A stretch of 64,000 nucleotides of DNA, from the NCBI GenBank assembly GCA_965230185.1, contig OZ245995.1, forward strand, positions 1,849,583 through 1,913,582, given 5' to 3'. A program made the translations under genes and the position numbers. Every line of letters begins with the position of its first letter. The first letter of the stretch is position 1. This document shows, in pieces, positions 41,890-53,769 of the stretch. Under the pieces are notes generated by a model. That model saw nothing but the letters and a program-made list of their open reading frames with translations, was not told where the DNA came from and made no database searches. This DNA comes from Motiliproteus sp. (GTDB lineage Bacteria > Pseudomonadota > Gammaproteobacteria > Pseudomonadales > Balneatricaceae).

Positions 41890-43641
41890 CTAGTCGCCCC
41901 GGGCGATGCCTTCGCGTCGGGAATCTGCACCGCCCTGCAGGCCCTGATCGGTAACCAGAATACCGTGGAGGCCACTGTTCAGCTCTCGTACGCTGATTGT
42001 GTGTCCCCGGGCTTCCAGTGCCGTTTTCAGGGCCGCGGCCGGGGTGTCCAGTTCCAGATCGGTGCCGCCGTTACGGTTGGTGACGTTGGGCAGATCGATG
42101 GCCTGCTGAATATCCAGCCCCCAGTCCAGCACCCCAACCAGGGTCTTGGCGACATAATTGATGATGCGGCTACCGCCCGGTGAACCGATCACCATCAGCA
42201 GCCGGTCATCGCTGTCGAACACCATCACCGGGGACATCGAGCTGCGTGGGCGCTTGTCGCCCTCAACCCGGTTAGCGACCGGTTTGCCGTCACGCTCCTT
42301 ACGGAAGGAGAAGTCGGTGAGCTGATTGTTGAGCAGAAACCCCCGGACCATCAATGTTGAGCCGAATGCCATCTCAATACTGGTGGTCATGGAGACGGCG
42401 TTGCCCTGGCCGTCGATCACCGAAATATGGGAGGTGGAGGGCTGGGCCAGGGTCGTACCTTCGACGTAGGCGGTTTTCATGGGGATCTCGCCGGCGCCGG
42501 CTTTACCCATATCCTGTTCCTTACTGATCAGCGTCGAACGTTGTTGCAGATAATCCCGATCGAGCAGACCGCTGACCGGTACTTCGACAAAATCACTGTC
42601 GGCCATGTAGCGGCCGCGATCGGCGTAGGCCAGTCTGGTGGCCTGGGTAAACAGGTGGATGGCCTGTTCATCCATTGCTGCATACTGGCTGAGCTTAAAG
42701 GGCTCCAGCAGGGTCAGGATCTGCAGAACCGTCAGTCCGCCGGAGGTGGGAGGGCCCATGCCACAGACTCTGAACTGGTGGTAGGGGGCGCAGACCGGTG
42801 GTCGTTCAATGGCCTCGTAGGCGATCAGATCCGCTTCGTTCAGCAGCCCCGGATTGTCACGGGCACCCTGAACGGCAGCGATGATATCCCGGGCGATGTC
42901 TCCCTTGTAGAAGGCCTTCGGGCCGAGGGTGGCAATGCGCCGGAAAGTGTCGGCCAGCTCCGGGTTGCGTAGCAGAGTGCCGGTCTTCAGCGGTTCGCCG
43001 CCGGGATAAAAATAGTTCCAGGCTTTGTCGTAGCGACCCAGCGCCGGATTGGTTTTCTTAACAATCAGCTGATGCAGGCGTTCGGAGACCTTAAAGCCGT
43101 TTTCCGACAGCTCGATCGCCTCCCTGAACAGCGAGCCCCAGGGCAGCTTACCGTGCTGCTTATGGGCCTTTGCCAGCGCCGCCAGCACGCCGGGAGCACC
43201 CACCGAGCGACCGCCGGCCAGCGCCTCCCACCAGTTCATCGGCTTGCCGTCCGGCCCCAGGAACAGGTCGCCGCTGGCAGCGGCCGGCGCCTTCTCGCGA
43301 CCATCCCAACTGGTCAGCTGACCGGCCTGCTGATTCCAGTGCAGCAGGAAAGCACCGCCGCCGATACCGGAGGACTGGGGTTCCACCAGCGTCAGCACCA
43401 TCTGCACGGCGATGGTGGCATCGATGGCGCTGCCTCCCTCCTTCAGCACCCGGTAGCCTGCCGCCACCGCGTGAGGGTTGGCGGCGGAGACCATGAATTT
43501 TTCGGCGCTGGTCGCCACTTTGCGATGAAAGCCGGTGGCGGCTTCCGGATCTCTGACCTCGGCCGTGGCCTGAGTGGCTGCGCCGACTGTGGCGCTCAGC
43601 CCCAGCACTAACAGCCCGGTTAAACAGAGCTTCAGTTTCAT
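41890..43641 (-). CDS. ggt: Gamma-glutamyltranspeptidase
   Basis: It has a signal peptide (MKLKLCLTGLLVLGLSATVGAA) and the autoprocessing Thr region PSTSHISVIDGQGNAVSMTTSIE, plus GSPGGSRII. The ATG at 43641 is preferred over the TTG at 43644. Confidence 0.9.
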   Translation of the reverse strand: MKLKLCLTGLLVLGLSATVGAATQATAEVRDPEAATGFHRKVATSAEKFMVSAANPHAVAAGYRVLKEGGSAIDATIAVQMVLTLVEPQSSGIGGGAFLLHWNQQAGQLTSWDGREKAPAAASGDLFLGPDGKPMNWWEALAGGRSVGAPGVLAALAKAHKQHGKLPWGSLFREAIELSENGFKVSERLHQLIVKKTNPALGRYDKAWNYFYPGGEPLKTGTLLRNPELADTFRRIATLGPKAFYKGDIARDIIAAVQGARDNPGLLNEADLIAYEAIERPPVCAPYHQFRVCGMGPPTSGGLTVLQILTLLEPFKLSQYAAMDEQAIHLFTQATRLAYADRGRYMADSDFVEVPVSGLLDRDYLQQRSTLISKEQDMGKAGAGEIPMKTAYVEGTTLAQPSTSHISVIDGQGNAVSMTTSIEMAFGSTLMVRGFLLNNQLTDFSFRKERDGKPVANRVEGDKRPRSSMSPVMVFDSDDRLLMVIGSPGGSRIINYVAKTLVGVLDWGLDIQQAIDLPNVTNRNGGTDLELDTPAAALKTALEARGHTISVRELNSGLHGILVTDQGLQGGADSRREGIARGD

Positions 43642-43845
43642 CAAAATCCCCTTCCTTGACGTTACAGATACAGATTGCCGAATTTCGGGATTGTCGCCGG
43701 GCGACAGACTGTCAGTCTAGACCACTCTGCCCGGTCGGGTCTCTGTCCGATCGCGACTAAAGAGGGACTATCGTTCGGTCGTGAAAGCTTGATCCGGTTT
43801 GCGGTTAACGTTAACGTCAGGTGAACATCTGACAGGGGAAGAGCA

Positions 43846-45501
43846 ATGAATACAGATGTCTCCGGCGCTGTTTCTGAGGCCGCAACCCGGGAGAACAGGC
43901 AGCCGGATTATCAGGCCGATTATGTGATTGTCGGCGCCGGTTCCGCCGGTTGCGTGCTGGCCAACCGGCTCTCCGCCAATCCCAACAACCGGGTACTGTT
44001 GCTTGAGGCGGGAGGCAGGGATGACTATTTCTGGATTCATATACCGGTCGGCTATCTCTTTACCATCAACAATAAGCGTACCGACTGGTGCTACAGCACC
44101 GAACCCGATGAGGGGCTTAACGGCCGCAGTCTCGGTTATCCCCGGGGCCGGGTGCTGGGGGGCTGCTCCTCCATCAACGGCATGATCTATATGCGTGGCC
44201 AGGCCCGGGACTATGATCACTGGCGTGATCTGGGTAATGACGGCTGGGGCTGGCAGGATGTGCTGCCGTATTTCAAAAAATCGGAAGATCATGTCAACGG
44301 CCCGTCCGAGATGCACGGAGCCGGCGGCGAGTGGCGGGTGGAAAATCAGCGACTCTCCTGGCCGATTCTTGACGCCTTCAGGGCGGCGGCCACTGAAAAC
44401 GGGATTCCCGCAAATGATGATTTCAATACCGGTGATAACTACGGGGTCGGTTACTTCCATGTCAATCAGAAACGGGGCAGGCGCTGGTCGACGGCTCGGG
44501 GGTTTCTGAAGCCGGTACTGGATCGGCCCAACCTGACGGTGGTGACCGACGCCCATGCTACCCGGCTGGAGGTCAGCGACAAACAGATCAAGGGGATTCA
44601 TTTCCGGCAGCAGGGCAGGGACTGTTATGCTCGCGCCGACAGGGAGGTACTGCTCAGTGCCGGGGCTGTCAGCTCACCGGTGCTGATGCAGCGCTCCGGC
44701 ATCGGTGCCTCTGAATTGCTGCAGCAACACGGTATCGAAACCATCCATGAACTGCCCGGGGTCGGTGAAAATCTGCAGGATCATCTGCAGGTCCGGGCCG
44801 CCTTTAAGGTAAAAAATACGCCCACCCTCAACGAGCGATCCCACAGTCTGTGGGGGCGGCTGACCATGGGGCTGGAGTACTTTCTGTTTAAGCGCGGTCC
44901 GCTGACGATGTCGCCGAGCCAGCTGGGCGGGTTTGTGAAAAGTGACCCATCACAGCAGAGCGCTAATCTTGAGTACCATATCCAGCCACTGAGTTGCGAG
45001 AAGCTGGGCGGTGAACTGCACCGGTTTCCGGCTTTCACCGCCTCGGTCTGCAACCTGCGACCGAAGAGTCGGGGGCATGTCCACCTGCGCTCCGCCGACC
45101 CGCTGGCGCCGCCCGTCATTAAGCCCAACTACCTGTCTCATCCCCAGGACCGTCAGGTGGCCGCCGACGCCCTGAAGCTGACCCGAACGATCTGTAAGGC
45201 GCCGGCGCTGGCCCCCTTCGAGCCGGAGGAGTTTAAGCCCGGCGTTGATATAGAGAGTGATGAGGAGCTGGCCCGGGCGGCCGGCGATATCGCCACCACC
45301 ATCTTCCATCCGGTGGGTACCTGTAAGATGGGCGACGACCCGATGGCGGTGGTCGATGCCCGCCTGCGCGTGCATGGGCTGACCGGGCTGCGGGTGGTGG
45401 ATGCCTCCATTATGCCGACCATCACTTCCGGTAACACCAACTCGCCGGTGGTGATGATCGCCGAAAAAGCGGCGGATATGATCCTGGAGGATAATGGCTG
45501 A
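43846..45501 (+). CDS. GMC family FAD oxidoreductase (choline/alcohol dehydrogenase-like)
   Basis: This 551-aa ORF has [19 protein letters not shown] and GMC signatures ([14 protein letters not shown], the HPVGTCKMG region). Confidence 0.9.
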   Translation: MNTDVSGAVSEAATRENRQPDYQADYVIVGAGSAGCVLANRLSANPNNRVLLLEAGGRDDYFWIHIPVGYLFTINNKRTDWCYSTEPDEGLNGRSLGYPRGRVLGGCSSINGMIYMRGQARDYDHWRDLGNDGWGWQDVLPYFKKSEDHVNGPSEMHGAGGEWRVENQRLSWPILDAFRAAATENGIPANDDFNTGDNYGVGYFHVNQKRGRRWSTARGFLKPVLDRPNLTVVTDAHATRLEVSDKQIKGIHFRQQGRDCYARADREVLLSAGAVSSPVLMQRSGIGASELLQQHGIETIHELPGVGENLQDHLQVRAAFKVKNTPTLNERSHSLWGRLTMGLEYFLFKRGPLTMSPSQLGGFVKSDPSQQSANLEYHIQPLSCEKLGGELHRFPAFTASVCNLRPKSRGHVHLRSADPLAPPVIKPNYLSHPQDRQVAADALKLTRTICKAPALAPFEPEEFKPGVDIESDEELARAAGDIATTIFHPVGTCKMGDDPMAVVDARLRVHGLTGLRVVDASIMPTITSGNTNSPVVMIAEKAADMILEDNG

Positions 45502-45534
45502 GGCCGGTTACCTGCCCCCCTGAATAACTGGCTG

Positions 45535-46299
45535 TCAGGCTGGCTGCAGCTGGCCCGCCAGTTTATGCAGCGGTACGTTAAGCCTGCGTGCCAGTTTTCT
45601 GGCGACAGGCTGCAGGCGTCGGGAGCTGGTATCGGGGGTACCGCCCTTAAAGGCGTAGGCGATCAGATTGCCGTCGCTGACGGTGCAGGTCATGCAACCA
45701 TCGCCGAACAGGTTCCGTAATCGCTGCATTGCCAGTGGGTGACTGCCGCGTCCTTCTTCCCACAGGTTCAGCACCAGAATGCCATCGGGGCTGAGCAGCC
45801 TGTAGCAGTGCTGCAGAAAATCTTCACTCAGCTGGGTTTCGATCATACCGCTGTCATTGTAGATATCACTGAAGATCAGGTCGGTAGAGTTTTCAGCCAT
45901 CGAGCCCGCGCTGGCCATATAACAGCCGGCATCTTCAAGATGGAGTGACAGCCGGGCAGGGATCTCCAGCTCAAACCAGTCCTGCGCCACCCGGGCGACC
46001 GCCGGACGCAGTTCCACTACATCCAGCGCCAGTTCGGGGTCATAATCCAGCAGGCAGTGGGCCAGGCTGCCGGCGCCCAGCCCCAGCAGGGTGACATGGC
46101 TGGGTTGCGGCTGATAGAGCAGCGCCAGCATCATCGCCCGGGTATATTCATAGACCAGGGTCGCAGGATTCAGCAGGTCAACACAGCTCTGCTCGGCATC
46201 CCGCCCGAAGGACAGGTAGCGATGGCAGCCGTCCTCGAATACCCGGATAGGGCCGTATTCATCATAGCTGCGGTGAATCTCACCACCCGGGATCGCCAT
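45535..46299 (-). CDS. Spermidine-synthase-like class I SAM-dependent methyltransferase
   Basis: It contains LLGLGAGSL...DVVELRP...IFSDIY. The start is placed at ATG 46299 because the longer ORF runs into the tRNA gene. Confidence 0.7.
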   Translation of the reverse strand: MAIPGGEIHRSYDEYGPIRVFEDGCHRYLSFGRDAEQSCVDLLNPATLVYEYTRAMMLALLYQPQPSHVTLLGLGAGSLAHCLLDYDPELALDVVELRPAVARVAQDWFELEIPARLSLHLEDAGCYMASAGSMAENSTDLIFSDIYNDSGMIETQLSEDFLQHCYRLLSPDGILVLNLWEEGRGSHPLAMQRLRNLFGDGCMTCTVSDGNLIAYAFKGGTPDTSSRRLQPVARKLARRLNVPLHKLAGQLQPA

Positions 46300-46436
46300 C
46301 AGTGGCTCCGATATTGCGGAACAGTAAACAGGCCTGGAAACAGAGAGACGGAATCTGCAGGCAGGCGTACGGAGAGCGTCGATTGATGAATTCGGGAAAA
46401 CATGGATATCGGCAGCCTGGGTATAGGAAAGGAAAG

Positions 46437-46512
46437 TGGCTCCCCGAACAGGACTCGAACCTGTGACCAATAGATTAACAGTCTACTGCTCTACCAACTG
46501 AGCTATCGGGGA
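46437..46512 (-). tRNA. tRNA-Asn (GTT)
   Basis: This 76-nt cloverleaf reads TCCCCGATAGCTCAGTTGGTAGAGCAGTAGACTGTTAATCTA...GGTTCGAGTCC...GGGGAGCCA, with the anticodon loop CTGTTAA. Confidence 0.95.
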
Positions 46513-46548
46513 ACTGCCGATCAGCGTACTCAGAGACGCTGTGAAAAA

Positions 46549-46625
46549 TGGTCGGGGTAGAGAGATTCGAACTCCCGACATCCTGCTCCCAAAGCAGGCG
46601 CGCTACCAGACTGCGCTATACCCCG
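46549..46625 (-). tRNA. tRNA-Pro (TGG)
   Basis: This 77-nt sequence reads CGGGGTATAGCGCAGTCTGGTAGCGCGCCTGCTTTGGGAGCAGG...GGGAGTTCGAATCTCTC TACCCCG ACCA. Confidence 0.95.
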
Positions 46626-46645
46626 ACTACAGATGACTTAAGGGA

Positions 46646-46721
46646 TGGCTCCTCGAACAGGACTCGAACCTGTGACCAATAGATTAACAGTCTACTGCTC
46701 TACCAACTGAGCTATCGAGGA
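46646..46721 (-). tRNA. tRNA-Asn (GTT), second copy
   Basis: It matches the first Asn copy except for the acceptor stem (TCCTCGA/TCGAGGA). Confidence 0.95.
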
Positions 46722-46743
46722 ATCACGTCAACTGTGGGCGCGA

Positions 46744-46772
46744 ATAATATAGGCCTTTGTGGTTAGGGTCAA
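46744..46772 (-). promoter_or_regulatory. Sigma-70 promoter of the tRNA operon
   Basis: On the minus strand it reads TTGACC, a 17-nt spacer, TATTAT, then a GC-rich discriminator (TCGCGCCC). It lies about 25 nt upstream of the first tRNA. Confidence 0.6.
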
Positions 46773-47027
46773 GGGTTTTGACTTCGCTGAGCGGATCCGG
46801 TTCAAACCTGATTTTGATAATAAAAACAGTCGATTGAGGGGGATCCCGGTAAGGACTGTGGAATCCCTGCTGATTATTTTTCTGCAGGACCGACCGGTAT
46901 AGAAGCCTTACCGGCCCGCTGGCTTTTCATCGGCCGGATAACCCCCTATATTGCAGGGCTGAACTGCCACCGTCGGGGTGGCGACGGGTCGAGGGGTCGG
47001 CCGGTTATTGTCGGGAGTGCTGATCTG

Positions 47028-47816
47028 ATGCATCTGTTACTGATTGATGGTCTGAACCTGATTCGTCGCATTCACGCGGCAGTCCCGGGTGAGGGGCATG
47101 ATGCGGTTGCGGCGGCAGTGGACTCCTCGGTGCACTCGCTGAACCGGCTGTTCCGACAGTTCACGCCCAGCCATGCTGTCTGCTGTTTCGACGGCCCGGA
47201 GCTGAGCTGGCGCCATCTCGAGTATCCGGACTATAAGGCGGGGCGCAAGCCGATGCCCACGGAGTTGCGGGATGCCCTGCCGGGTTTTCGGGAGCAGTTT
47301 TCCCATATCGGTCTGGCCAGTCTGGCGCTGGCGACGGTGGAAGCCGATGATCTGGCGGCCACCCTGGCGGTCAAGATGCTGAATGCCGGTGGCCGGGTGA
47401 CTCTGGTATCGACCGATAAGGGATTTGCTCAGCTGCTGCCGCGGGAGGGAGCCGGCGAACGGCTCTGCCTCTGGGATGCGTTCGGCCGTCGCCAGATCGA
47501 CAGTGACAACGTCCGCCAACGATTCGGCGTTGATCCGCAGCAGCTGCGGGACTACTGGGCGCTGACCGGTGACAGTACCAACAATATCCGCGGCGTCGAA
47601 GGAGTCGGGCCGAAAACGGCGCAACGGCTGCTTGAGGAGCATAGTTCGCTGGATTCACTCTACCAGCAGCTGTCGGAGGTTACCGACAAGCTGGCGACGA
47701 AGCTGGAAAATCAGCGTCCCGAGGCGGAGCTGAGTCGCCGGCTGGTGACGCTCGCCACCGATCTGGAACTGGGTTGCCGGCTCAGTGATTTTCGATTTCT
47801 GCCGCCTCAGAGCTGA
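47028..47816 (+). CDS. xni: Flap endonuclease Xni (ExoIX, 5'-3' exonuclease family)
   Basis: This 262-aa ORF contains LLIDGLNLIRR, YKAGRKPMP, EADDL and LTGDSTNNIRGVEGVGPKTA (H3TH). Confidence 0.9.
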   Translation: MHLLLIDGLNLIRRIHAAVPGEGHDAVAAAVDSSVHSLNRLFRQFTPSHAVCCFDGPELSWRHLEYPDYKAGRKPMPTELRDALPGFREQFSHIGLASLALATVEADDLAATLAVKMLNAGGRVTLVSTDKGFAQLLPREGAGERLCLWDAFGRRQIDSDNVRQRFGVDPQQLRDYWALTGDSTNNIRGVEGVGPKTAQRLLEEHSSLDSLYQQLSEVTDKLATKLENQRPEAELSRRLVTLATDLELGCRLSDFRFLPPQS

Positions 47817-47974
47817 GTCTTCGGTGACCGGTTTCGGCGCTGTTATTTGAGCCCCCGGTTGGGTTAGAATCTGTTCCTTTACGGACCGGTCCGGCCCCCT
47901 GAAAGGCCCCTGCCTTTTGCCTCCTGATGCTGTGCAGGGCGGACCTCCTTCTGCAACTCTCAATAGGAAAATTC

Positions 47975-49441
47975 ATGCTTTTCAATAAGCTTCCTGATGA
48001 TCTGTTTCTGCCGTTATCGGGTCAGAATCGGTTTATCTACCAGGCAGTCTTGGTGGAGCTGGCGGATCTGTTTTTCGATGAGGATCTGATCGATCCCTTT
48101 ATTCCCCGGGATCTGGTCCGCTCTACCATCGAGGAGGCGGTGATTAAGCACGGCATCCGCAGCTGGGTTCCGGAAGGGGAAGAGACCGAGGAACAGGAAG
48201 CGCCCCGCTCAACCTCCGAATACGCCAGTCGTATCTACCGTCGGCTGGTGAAGACCGGCTGGCTGGATGAGGAGCAGCAGCTGTACCGCACCTATGTGCT
48301 GATGGCGCCTTCCATCAGCTACCTGCTACGTACCCTGATGCAGGTCGCCACCTTCCAGAAGAAGAGTTACGGCGGTGCCGTGCTGAACGTACTGAGCTCG
48401 GTGGAAGCGGCGATTAAGGATCCCCAGGGCCGTGGTCTGACCCTGCAGGAAGCGGCCCGATCGGCGGCGGAGTTCAGTGCCCACCTAACCGATATGTTGC
48501 TGGGACTGCGGGAGCTGAAACAGAGCTTCGCCGCCACCAGTAATCCCCAGGAGATCGTTAAGGGGTTCTTCGAGCAGTTTGTTGAGGCGATCCTGGTCTC
48601 CGACTACAAGACACTCAAGACCCATAACAACCCCTTCCGTTTCCGCCGTCAGCTGCTGGGAATGCTTAAAGAGTTGCAGTTTGACGAGGGCCGGCTGTCA
48701 ATGCTGATTCAGCACTATCAGGAGGTGCTGGAACTGGGTAATGCCGAAGCGGAAGCGAAGGTCCATAAACATATTTCGCGGATTATCCGGATCTTCGAAT
48801 CGGTGGATCAGCGGCTGGCGGCCATTGATGACTTCCGTTTCCGACTCGAAAAGCGGGTGTCCGATACCGTCCGTTATATGGACAAGACCACCCCGGGTAT
48901 GAGCTCCAGGCTGTCGCGGCTGATTGCCCGGCTGGCCGAGCAGGACGAAGAGAGCCTGCCGCTGGCCGATACCCTGGAAAGCTACGCTTTTCTGTCGCCG
49001 AAGAGTGTACGCAGCGCACCACGGCGCCGGACGCCGCCGACCCTGAAGATTATTCAGCAGAAGGTGATCGATCCGGAGGTGCTGGCCATGCGCCAGCGCT
49101 TCAAGGAGTACAAGGAGCGTCGTCAGATTACCGGGCCCAGACTGGACGCCTATATCGAACGTCATCTCGACGGTGGTGAGCGAATCAACGCCGGTGAATT
49201 CCGTATCGATTCCATCGAGGATTACATCTGTTTCAGCTATGTCCGCCATATCGCTTCGCTGGGTAACAAGGCAAAGAACATTCAGGGCAAATACCAACTT
49301 CAGTTTAAGGACCGCTATGTCAGCATCTGCGACATGGTGGAATGTCGGGACTTTACACTCTTGAAAAATCCAGATTTTAAGCCGTCGGATAAAGCACCGG
49401 CGGACAGCACTGCAGCCAGAGGAAGTCAGCATGCTCGGTGA
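47975..49441 (+). CDS. mksF: MksF/JetA-like kleisin-type subunit of an MksBEF condensin-like complex
   Basis: The product is 488 aa from ATG 47975, which has an AGGAAA Shine-Dalgarno site. The call rests on its position and size upstream of the mksE and mksB homologues and on the 11-nt overlap with mksE. Confidence 0.6.
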   Translation: MLFNKLPDDLFLPLSGQNRFIYQAVLVELADLFFDEDLIDPFIPRDLVRSTIEEAVIKHGIRSWVPEGEETEEQEAPRSTSEYASRIYRRLVKTGWLDEEQQLYRTYVLMAPSISYLLRTLMQVATFQKKSYGGAVLNVLSSVEAAIKDPQGRGLTLQEAARSAAEFSAHLTDMLLGLRELKQSFAATSNPQEIVKGFFEQFVEAILVSDYKTLKTHNNPFRFRRQLLGMLKELQFDEGRLSMLIQHYQEVLELGNAEAEAKVHKHISRIIRIFESVDQRLAAIDDFRFRLEKRVSDTVRYMDKTTPGMSSRLSRLIARLAEQDEESLPLADTLESYAFLSPKSVRSAPRRRTPPTLKIIQQKVIDPEVLAMRQRFKEYKERRQITGPRLDAYIERHLDGGERINAGEFRIDSIEDYICFSYVRHIASLGNKAKNIQGKYQLQFKDRYVSICDMVECRDFTLLKNPDFKPSDKAPADSTAARGSQHAR

Positions 49442-50195
49442 TCTTAAGAAAATTCTCAGCCGCTTTGAGCAGGTGGATGAAGAGGACTTTACCATCGCGG
49501 CCAACAAGCTGCTGGTCAACCAGTTCCTCTATGCCGACAAGCCGTCGCACCGGCCCCACTATTTTCTGATTTCCACACACGTGGAGTACTTCACCAACCT
49601 GTTTGCCGCCATCGGCTGGTCGCTGACCTGGCAGCCGGACGAGTCCTTTATCGGCCTGATCCCGAAAGGCGAGGAGCGTTACCTGCGTCTGCGTCTGGAT
49701 GAATCGCTGTTTCTGCTCTGTCTGCGTCAGCAGTATGAGGAGCGACTGGAGAACTTCGATGTTGAAGGTGGCAAGGCCTTTATCCATTCCGATGAGCTGC
49801 TGCAGCTGTATGAGAACCTGACGGCCAAAGAGATCCCCAACGAAACCCGCTATAAGGAGATCCTGTCGCTGTTCAGCCGTCATGGCATTATTGAGCGTGG
49901 CCGGCCCGCTGAGACCGACCCCAAGAATGTCCCGCTGATGATCAACCCGTCGATCCGTCAGGTGGTGGTTGAGGACTGGGTGCGTCAGCTGGAGGAGCTT
50001 GGTGATACCGCCGAAGAGCTGGAAAACGAGGCGGCTGCCGAGGAGGAACTGGCGGCTCAGGACGCTGAGTCGGCACCGGTGGCGAATAAGGCCGGAGAGA
50101 CAGATGCTAAGGCAGCCGGCGCTGAAGATGTGATCGCCGAAGAGACGCAACAGACAGAACAGGCCGGGGAGGTTGTCGATGAAGCTGCTCAATAA
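49431..50195 (+). CDS. mksE: MksE/JetB-like (DUF4194-type) subunit with an acidic C-terminal tail
   Basis: This 254-aa ORF contains [39 protein letters not shown]...[18 protein letters not shown]. It overlaps the genes on both sides. Confidence 0.7.
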   Translation: MLGDLKKILSRFEQVDEEDFTIAANKLLVNQFLYADKPSHRPHYFLISTHVEYFTNLFAAIGWSLTWQPDESFIGLIPKGEERYLRLRLDESLFLLCLRQQYEERLENFDVEGGKAFIHSDELLQLYENLTAKEIPNETRYKEILSLFSRHGIIERGRPAETDPKNVPLMINPSIRQVVVEDWVRQLEELGDTAEELENEAAAEEELAAQDAESAPVANKAGETDAKAAGAEDVIAEETQQTEQAGEVVDEAAQ

Positions 50196-53100
50196 GATCG
50201 TACTGGTTAACTGGTACGTGCTGGGGGCGGTCGAGATCCCCATTCGCGGCAATGTCGCCATCGTTGGCCCTAACGGCTCCGGTAAATCCTCGCTGCTGGA
50301 TGCGATCCAGACCGTGCTGGTCGGTGGCAATAAGCGCTACCTGAGTTTTAACGCCAGTGCCGGCCAGAAGAGCGAGCGCAGCCTGCGCACCTACTGTCTG
50401 GGCTTTCTGGATGATCATAGTGGCGGCCGGGCCAAGTCCCGGGAAGACTCGCTGACCTACCTGGCGATGGAGTTTAAAGATCAGGAGAGTGGTCAGTGCG
50501 ACACCGTCGGTCTGTGCATCAGTGCCTCGCTGGCGACACCGGAAGAGGAGGTGGAAGGCCGCTTTGTGCTGCCGAACACCACCGTTACTCTCGACGATTT
50601 TACCCGTCAGGAGCAGGGCGGCCGTATTCCCCGACCCTGGCTGGAAGTGCGGGAAGCTCTGCGTCAGCAGTGTCCGGAGATGGTGCTGGAGAAGCGCGCC
50701 AGCCGCTTTATCCGTGAAGTGATGGCCCAGCTCAGTGCTGACCGCGCGGTACCGGTGGACGACGAGAAGTTCCTCAAGAGTTTCCGCAACGCCATCAAAT
50801 TCACCCCCATCGACAGCCCCACCCGCTTTGTCCGCGAGTACGTGCTGGATCACAAGCTGGTGCAGGTGGGCGACTTCCGCAAGTCGCTGGAAGAGTACCG
50901 GGCGATGGAGCAGAAGACCCTGGAGGTCTCCAACCGGATCGAGGAGCTGGAGAAGGTTCAGGAGCTCTGTCACGGGGTTCGTCGTAATGCGAAAAATGCC
51001 GGCGAGTACGAGTGGGTGGTTCACGAGACTCGCTTTGAGGAGGCGGACCTGAAGAAGGAATCCGTCGAAGAGAAGCTGGAAAAGGAGCAGGAAAAGGAAG
51101 CCTCGCTGCAGGCCGACGCCGACCGGCTGGAACAGGAGCTTAACCGGCTGATGCAACAGCTGGCCGATACCCGCGCCGAGCTCAATAACTCCGATCACGC
51201 CAACCGGGTCAAGGAGCTGGAGCTGAAGATCGACGCCAAACAGCACGAGCTGGGAGTGGTGAAGGACAAGGTAGCCGGCATCTATAACCTGCTGCGTTCC
51301 ACGGTCGGCTTTGCTCATCATGAGAAACTGCTGCCCAACGCTTTTATGGATGTGGTCAAAGAAGGGGTCGAACTCTGGCGCCAGGGCGAAAACCTGCTCG
51401 GCTCGGTATGGCCGGAAGAGCCCGTAGCCGTGGATAACTGCCTCGAGCAGCTGAAGAAGCAGATAGACGGCGTACGACTGGAGGTTTCCCGTCAGTTCGA
51501 AGGGGCGGTAATCGACCTCAGCGCCATGCGGCAGCGGCTGGAGGGCCATCAGGGGGCTATCGAACAGCTTAAGCAGGGGCGGGCGCCGCTGAAGAAAAAC
51601 ACCCGGGAGCTGATTGCGCTGCTGGAGGAGTATGGCATTGAATCGACCCCGCTCTGTGAGCTGACCGAGGTTAGTGATGATCGCTGGCGCACCGCCATCG
51701 AAAGTTTCCTGGGTAACCGCCGGGAAGCGCTGATTGTCGATCCCGATCGGGTCAAGGATGCGATCACCCTGTATCGCCGCCGTGCCCGTCACCTGAAGGG
51801 CTGCCGGATTGTAAACACCACCAAGAGCGAGCACTGGCTCAACCGTTCCAAGCCCGGATCGCTGGCCGAGTACGTGGACTGCGATAACAGCCATGCGCTG
51901 GCTTACATCAACCGCACCCTGGGCGGAGTGATGGCGGTGGAAACCGAACAGGAGTTGCTGCGCCATGAGCGAGCGCTGACCTGGGACTGCATGCTGCAGA
52001 CCGAAGGCGCCACCACCTCGATCCACGAGCAGGCGCCGATGATGGGCAGCCGTCACCGGGAGAAACAGCTGCTGCAACAGGATCAGGATTTCGAGCGGTT
52101 GCAGGCGAAGTTCAGCGAGCAGGAGGCGGAGCACAAAGCCCTCGATAACCTTAAGGACTCGCTGATCAAACTGACCGCCGCGCTGACCGGGGTGACCGAG
52201 AGTACTTACAGCCTGGTTAACGACCGGGAAATGCTGAACGCCGAAGTCGAAGGGTACCGCCAGGCAATTCAGGATATTCGCAATCAGGATGATACCGGTA
52301 TCCAGCAGCGTCTGAGCCAGCTGGTCGAGGAGCAGAGCCTGACTCAGGCCGAGCATCAGAAACTGGTGGATCAGCTGAAATCGCTGGCCACCAGCAAGAT
52401 CAAGCGCGAAGCCAGCCTGGAAGTGTTGCAGCAGGAGCTGGAGGAGCATGCCGCTCAGCGCAGCAAGTGTGAGGACAAACCGGACTTCGACGCCGGGTCG
52501 GCCCAGGAGAAGCGCGATTATCTGGAGGAGTCCTGCGCCGGCGAACTGGAGCGGATTATCTTCGACGCCGCCCGCAAGGCCCAGAACGAACTGACCCTGG
52601 TGGAGAAGAAGAAAAACTCGGTGCGTGACGCGGTGGCGCAGTACAAGGCTCGCTACCACGGTTCCGGGATGACTCACCAGGAGCTGGACAATGTCACGCC
52701 GGAGTCCACTCATACCGAGCTTGAGAGCTTCGTGATCGCCACCACCGACGCCCTGAAACAGACCGAGCTGGCCCACTATACCAAGAAGGCGGAGCGGGCC
52801 CGGATCGAAGCGGAAACAGCCTTCCGTTCCGACTTTGTGGCGCACCTCAACGATCAGATTGACCGCATCAAGGAGCTGATCCGCGAGCTGAACAATCACC
52901 TCAAGTACCGTCCCTTCCATAAGGAGATGTACAGCTTCACCATGACGCCCAATCCGGAGCTGAAGGATGTACTGTCACTGGTGGAAACCTTCTCCCGGGC
53001 GGACCAGGCGAACGCCGGCGGACTGTTCGATTCGGCATTGGATGCCAACTCGCCCCACCGTGAGGCGCTGGAGCGTATCCATGAAGTGCTCAAGGATGAA

Positions 53101-53658
53101 GGTGAGGCCAGTATTCTGCAGGACTACCGGAACTTCTATAACTTCGAGCTGGTGATCAAGGACCTGGACGGCAATATCAAGACCAACCTCTCCCAGCGGA
53201 TCAAGACCGGTTCCGGTGGTGAGCATCAGGTGCCGTTCTACGTAGCCATTGCCGCCGGTCTCGGTGCCACCTACCGCCTCAGGCGGACACCGGAAGGCAA
53301 GCCGCTGGGCGGCTTCAGTCTCAGTATGTTCGACGAAGCCTTCAACAAGCTGGATGCGGAAAACACCCAGACCTCGCTCGGCTTTATGGGCGATCTGGGG
53401 CTGCAGACACTGATCGCAGCGCCGGACGACAAGTACTCGCTGATGGCTTCGGTGATGGATACGGTGATCAACGTCTGTCGCGACGGCAGCATCGTTGACC
53501 TGGATGTGGAATTCCCCATGGCCCGGGGCAAGGCGCTGCTGGATTCCGACAATCCCTACCGGATGGCGCGGGAAGCCCGAGAGGCCCGGAAGGCGGCTGA
53601 ACAGGGTGCAGAGCAGTCAGGCGGCGCGCCGGAAACCAATGAGGCTGAGATCGCCTGA
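50179..53658 (+). CDS. mksB: MksB/JetC-like SMC-family ATPase
   Basis: The product is about 1159 aa. It has Walker A (GPNGSGKSS) at the N-terminus, long coiled-coil regions, and the signature GSGGEHQ and Walker B (LSMFDEAF) at the C-terminus. The ATG at 50179 follows a GGGAGG site. Confidence 0.85.
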   Translation: MKLLNKIVLVNWYVLGAVEIPIRGNVAIVGPNGSGKSSLLDAIQTVLVGGNKRYLSFNASAGQKSERSLRTYCLGFLDDHSGGRAKSREDSLTYLAMEFKDQESGQCDTVGLCISASLATPEEEVEGRFVLPNTTVTLDDFTRQEQGGRIPRPWLEVREALRQQCPEMVLEKRASRFIREVMAQLSADRAVPVDDEKFLKSFRNAIKFTPIDSPTRFVREYVLDHKLVQVGDFRKSLEEYRAMEQKTLEVSNRIEELEKVQELCHGVRRNAKNAGEYEWVVHETRFEEADLKKESVEEKLEKEQEKEASLQADADRLEQELNRLMQQLADTRAELNNSDHANRVKELELKIDAKQHELGVVKDKVAGIYNLLRSTVGFAHHEKLLPNAFMDVVKEGVELWRQGENLLGSVWPEEPVAVDNCLEQLKKQIDGVRLEVSRQFEGAVIDLSAMRQRLEGHQGAIEQLKQGRAPLKKNTRELIALLEEYGIESTPLCELTEVSDDRWRTAIESFLGNRREALIVDPDRVKDAITLYRRRARHLKGCRIVNTTKSEHWLNRSKPGSLAEYVDCDNSHALAYINRTLGGVMAVETEQELLRHERALTWDCMLQTEGATTSIHEQAPMMGSRHREKQLLQQDQDFERLQAKFSEQEAEHKALDNLKDSLIKLTAALTGVTESTYSLVNDREMLNAEVEGYRQAIQDIRNQDDTGIQQRLSQLVEEQSLTQAEHQKLVDQLKSLATSKIKREASLEVLQQELEEHAAQRSKCEDKPDFDAGSAQEKRDYLEESCAGELERIIFDAARKAQNELTLVEKKKNSVRDAVAQYKARYHGSGMTHQELDNVTPESTHTELESFVIATTDALKQTELAHYTKKAERARIEAETAFRSDFVAHLNDQIDRIKELIRELNNHLKYRPFHKEMYSFTMTPNPELKDVLSLVETFSRADQANAGGLFDSALDANSPHREALERIHEVLKDEGEASILQDYRNFYNFELVIKDLDGNIKTNLSQRIKTGSGGEHQVPFYVAIAAGLGATYRLRRTPEGKPLGGFSLSMFDEAFNKLDAENTQTSLGFMGDLGLQTLIAAPDDKYSLMASVMDTVINVCRDGSIVDLDVEFPMARGKALLDSDNPYRMAREAREARKAAEQGAEQSGGAPETNEAEIA

Positions 53659-53714
53659 GTCATGGGCCGGTAAACACGTATTCCCGGCACGTTGGTTCAG
53701 CTGGTAATGAGCAA

Positions 53715-53745
53715 GGGCCTGATCTTCGGATCAGGCCCTTTTTTT
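53715..53745 (+). terminator. Intrinsic terminator after mksB
   Basis: GGGCCTGATC-TTCG-GATCAGGCCC followed by TTTTTTT. Confidence 0.9.
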
Positions 53746-53769
53746 ATGTTTGCGGTCTGTTGAGGTCTG

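Noticed and set aside
50107-52920. A 937-aa ORF antisense to mksB. Similar long antisense ORFs include 27336..28493, 28985..29914, 30338..31129, 48698..49519 and 49377..50330.
   Set aside because: These are typical shadow ORFs of GC-rich coding DNA. The opposite-strand genes have clear motifs (Walker boxes and so on), whereas these frames are Gln/Leu/Arg/Gly-rich and carry no motifs.
47975-53658. Calling the mks operon a Wadjet anti-plasmid defence system.
   Set aside because: The JetD/MksG Toprim nuclease gene that defines Wadjet is absent. A terminator and a repeat array follow mksB. The operon is kept as MksFEB of undetermined role (see findings).
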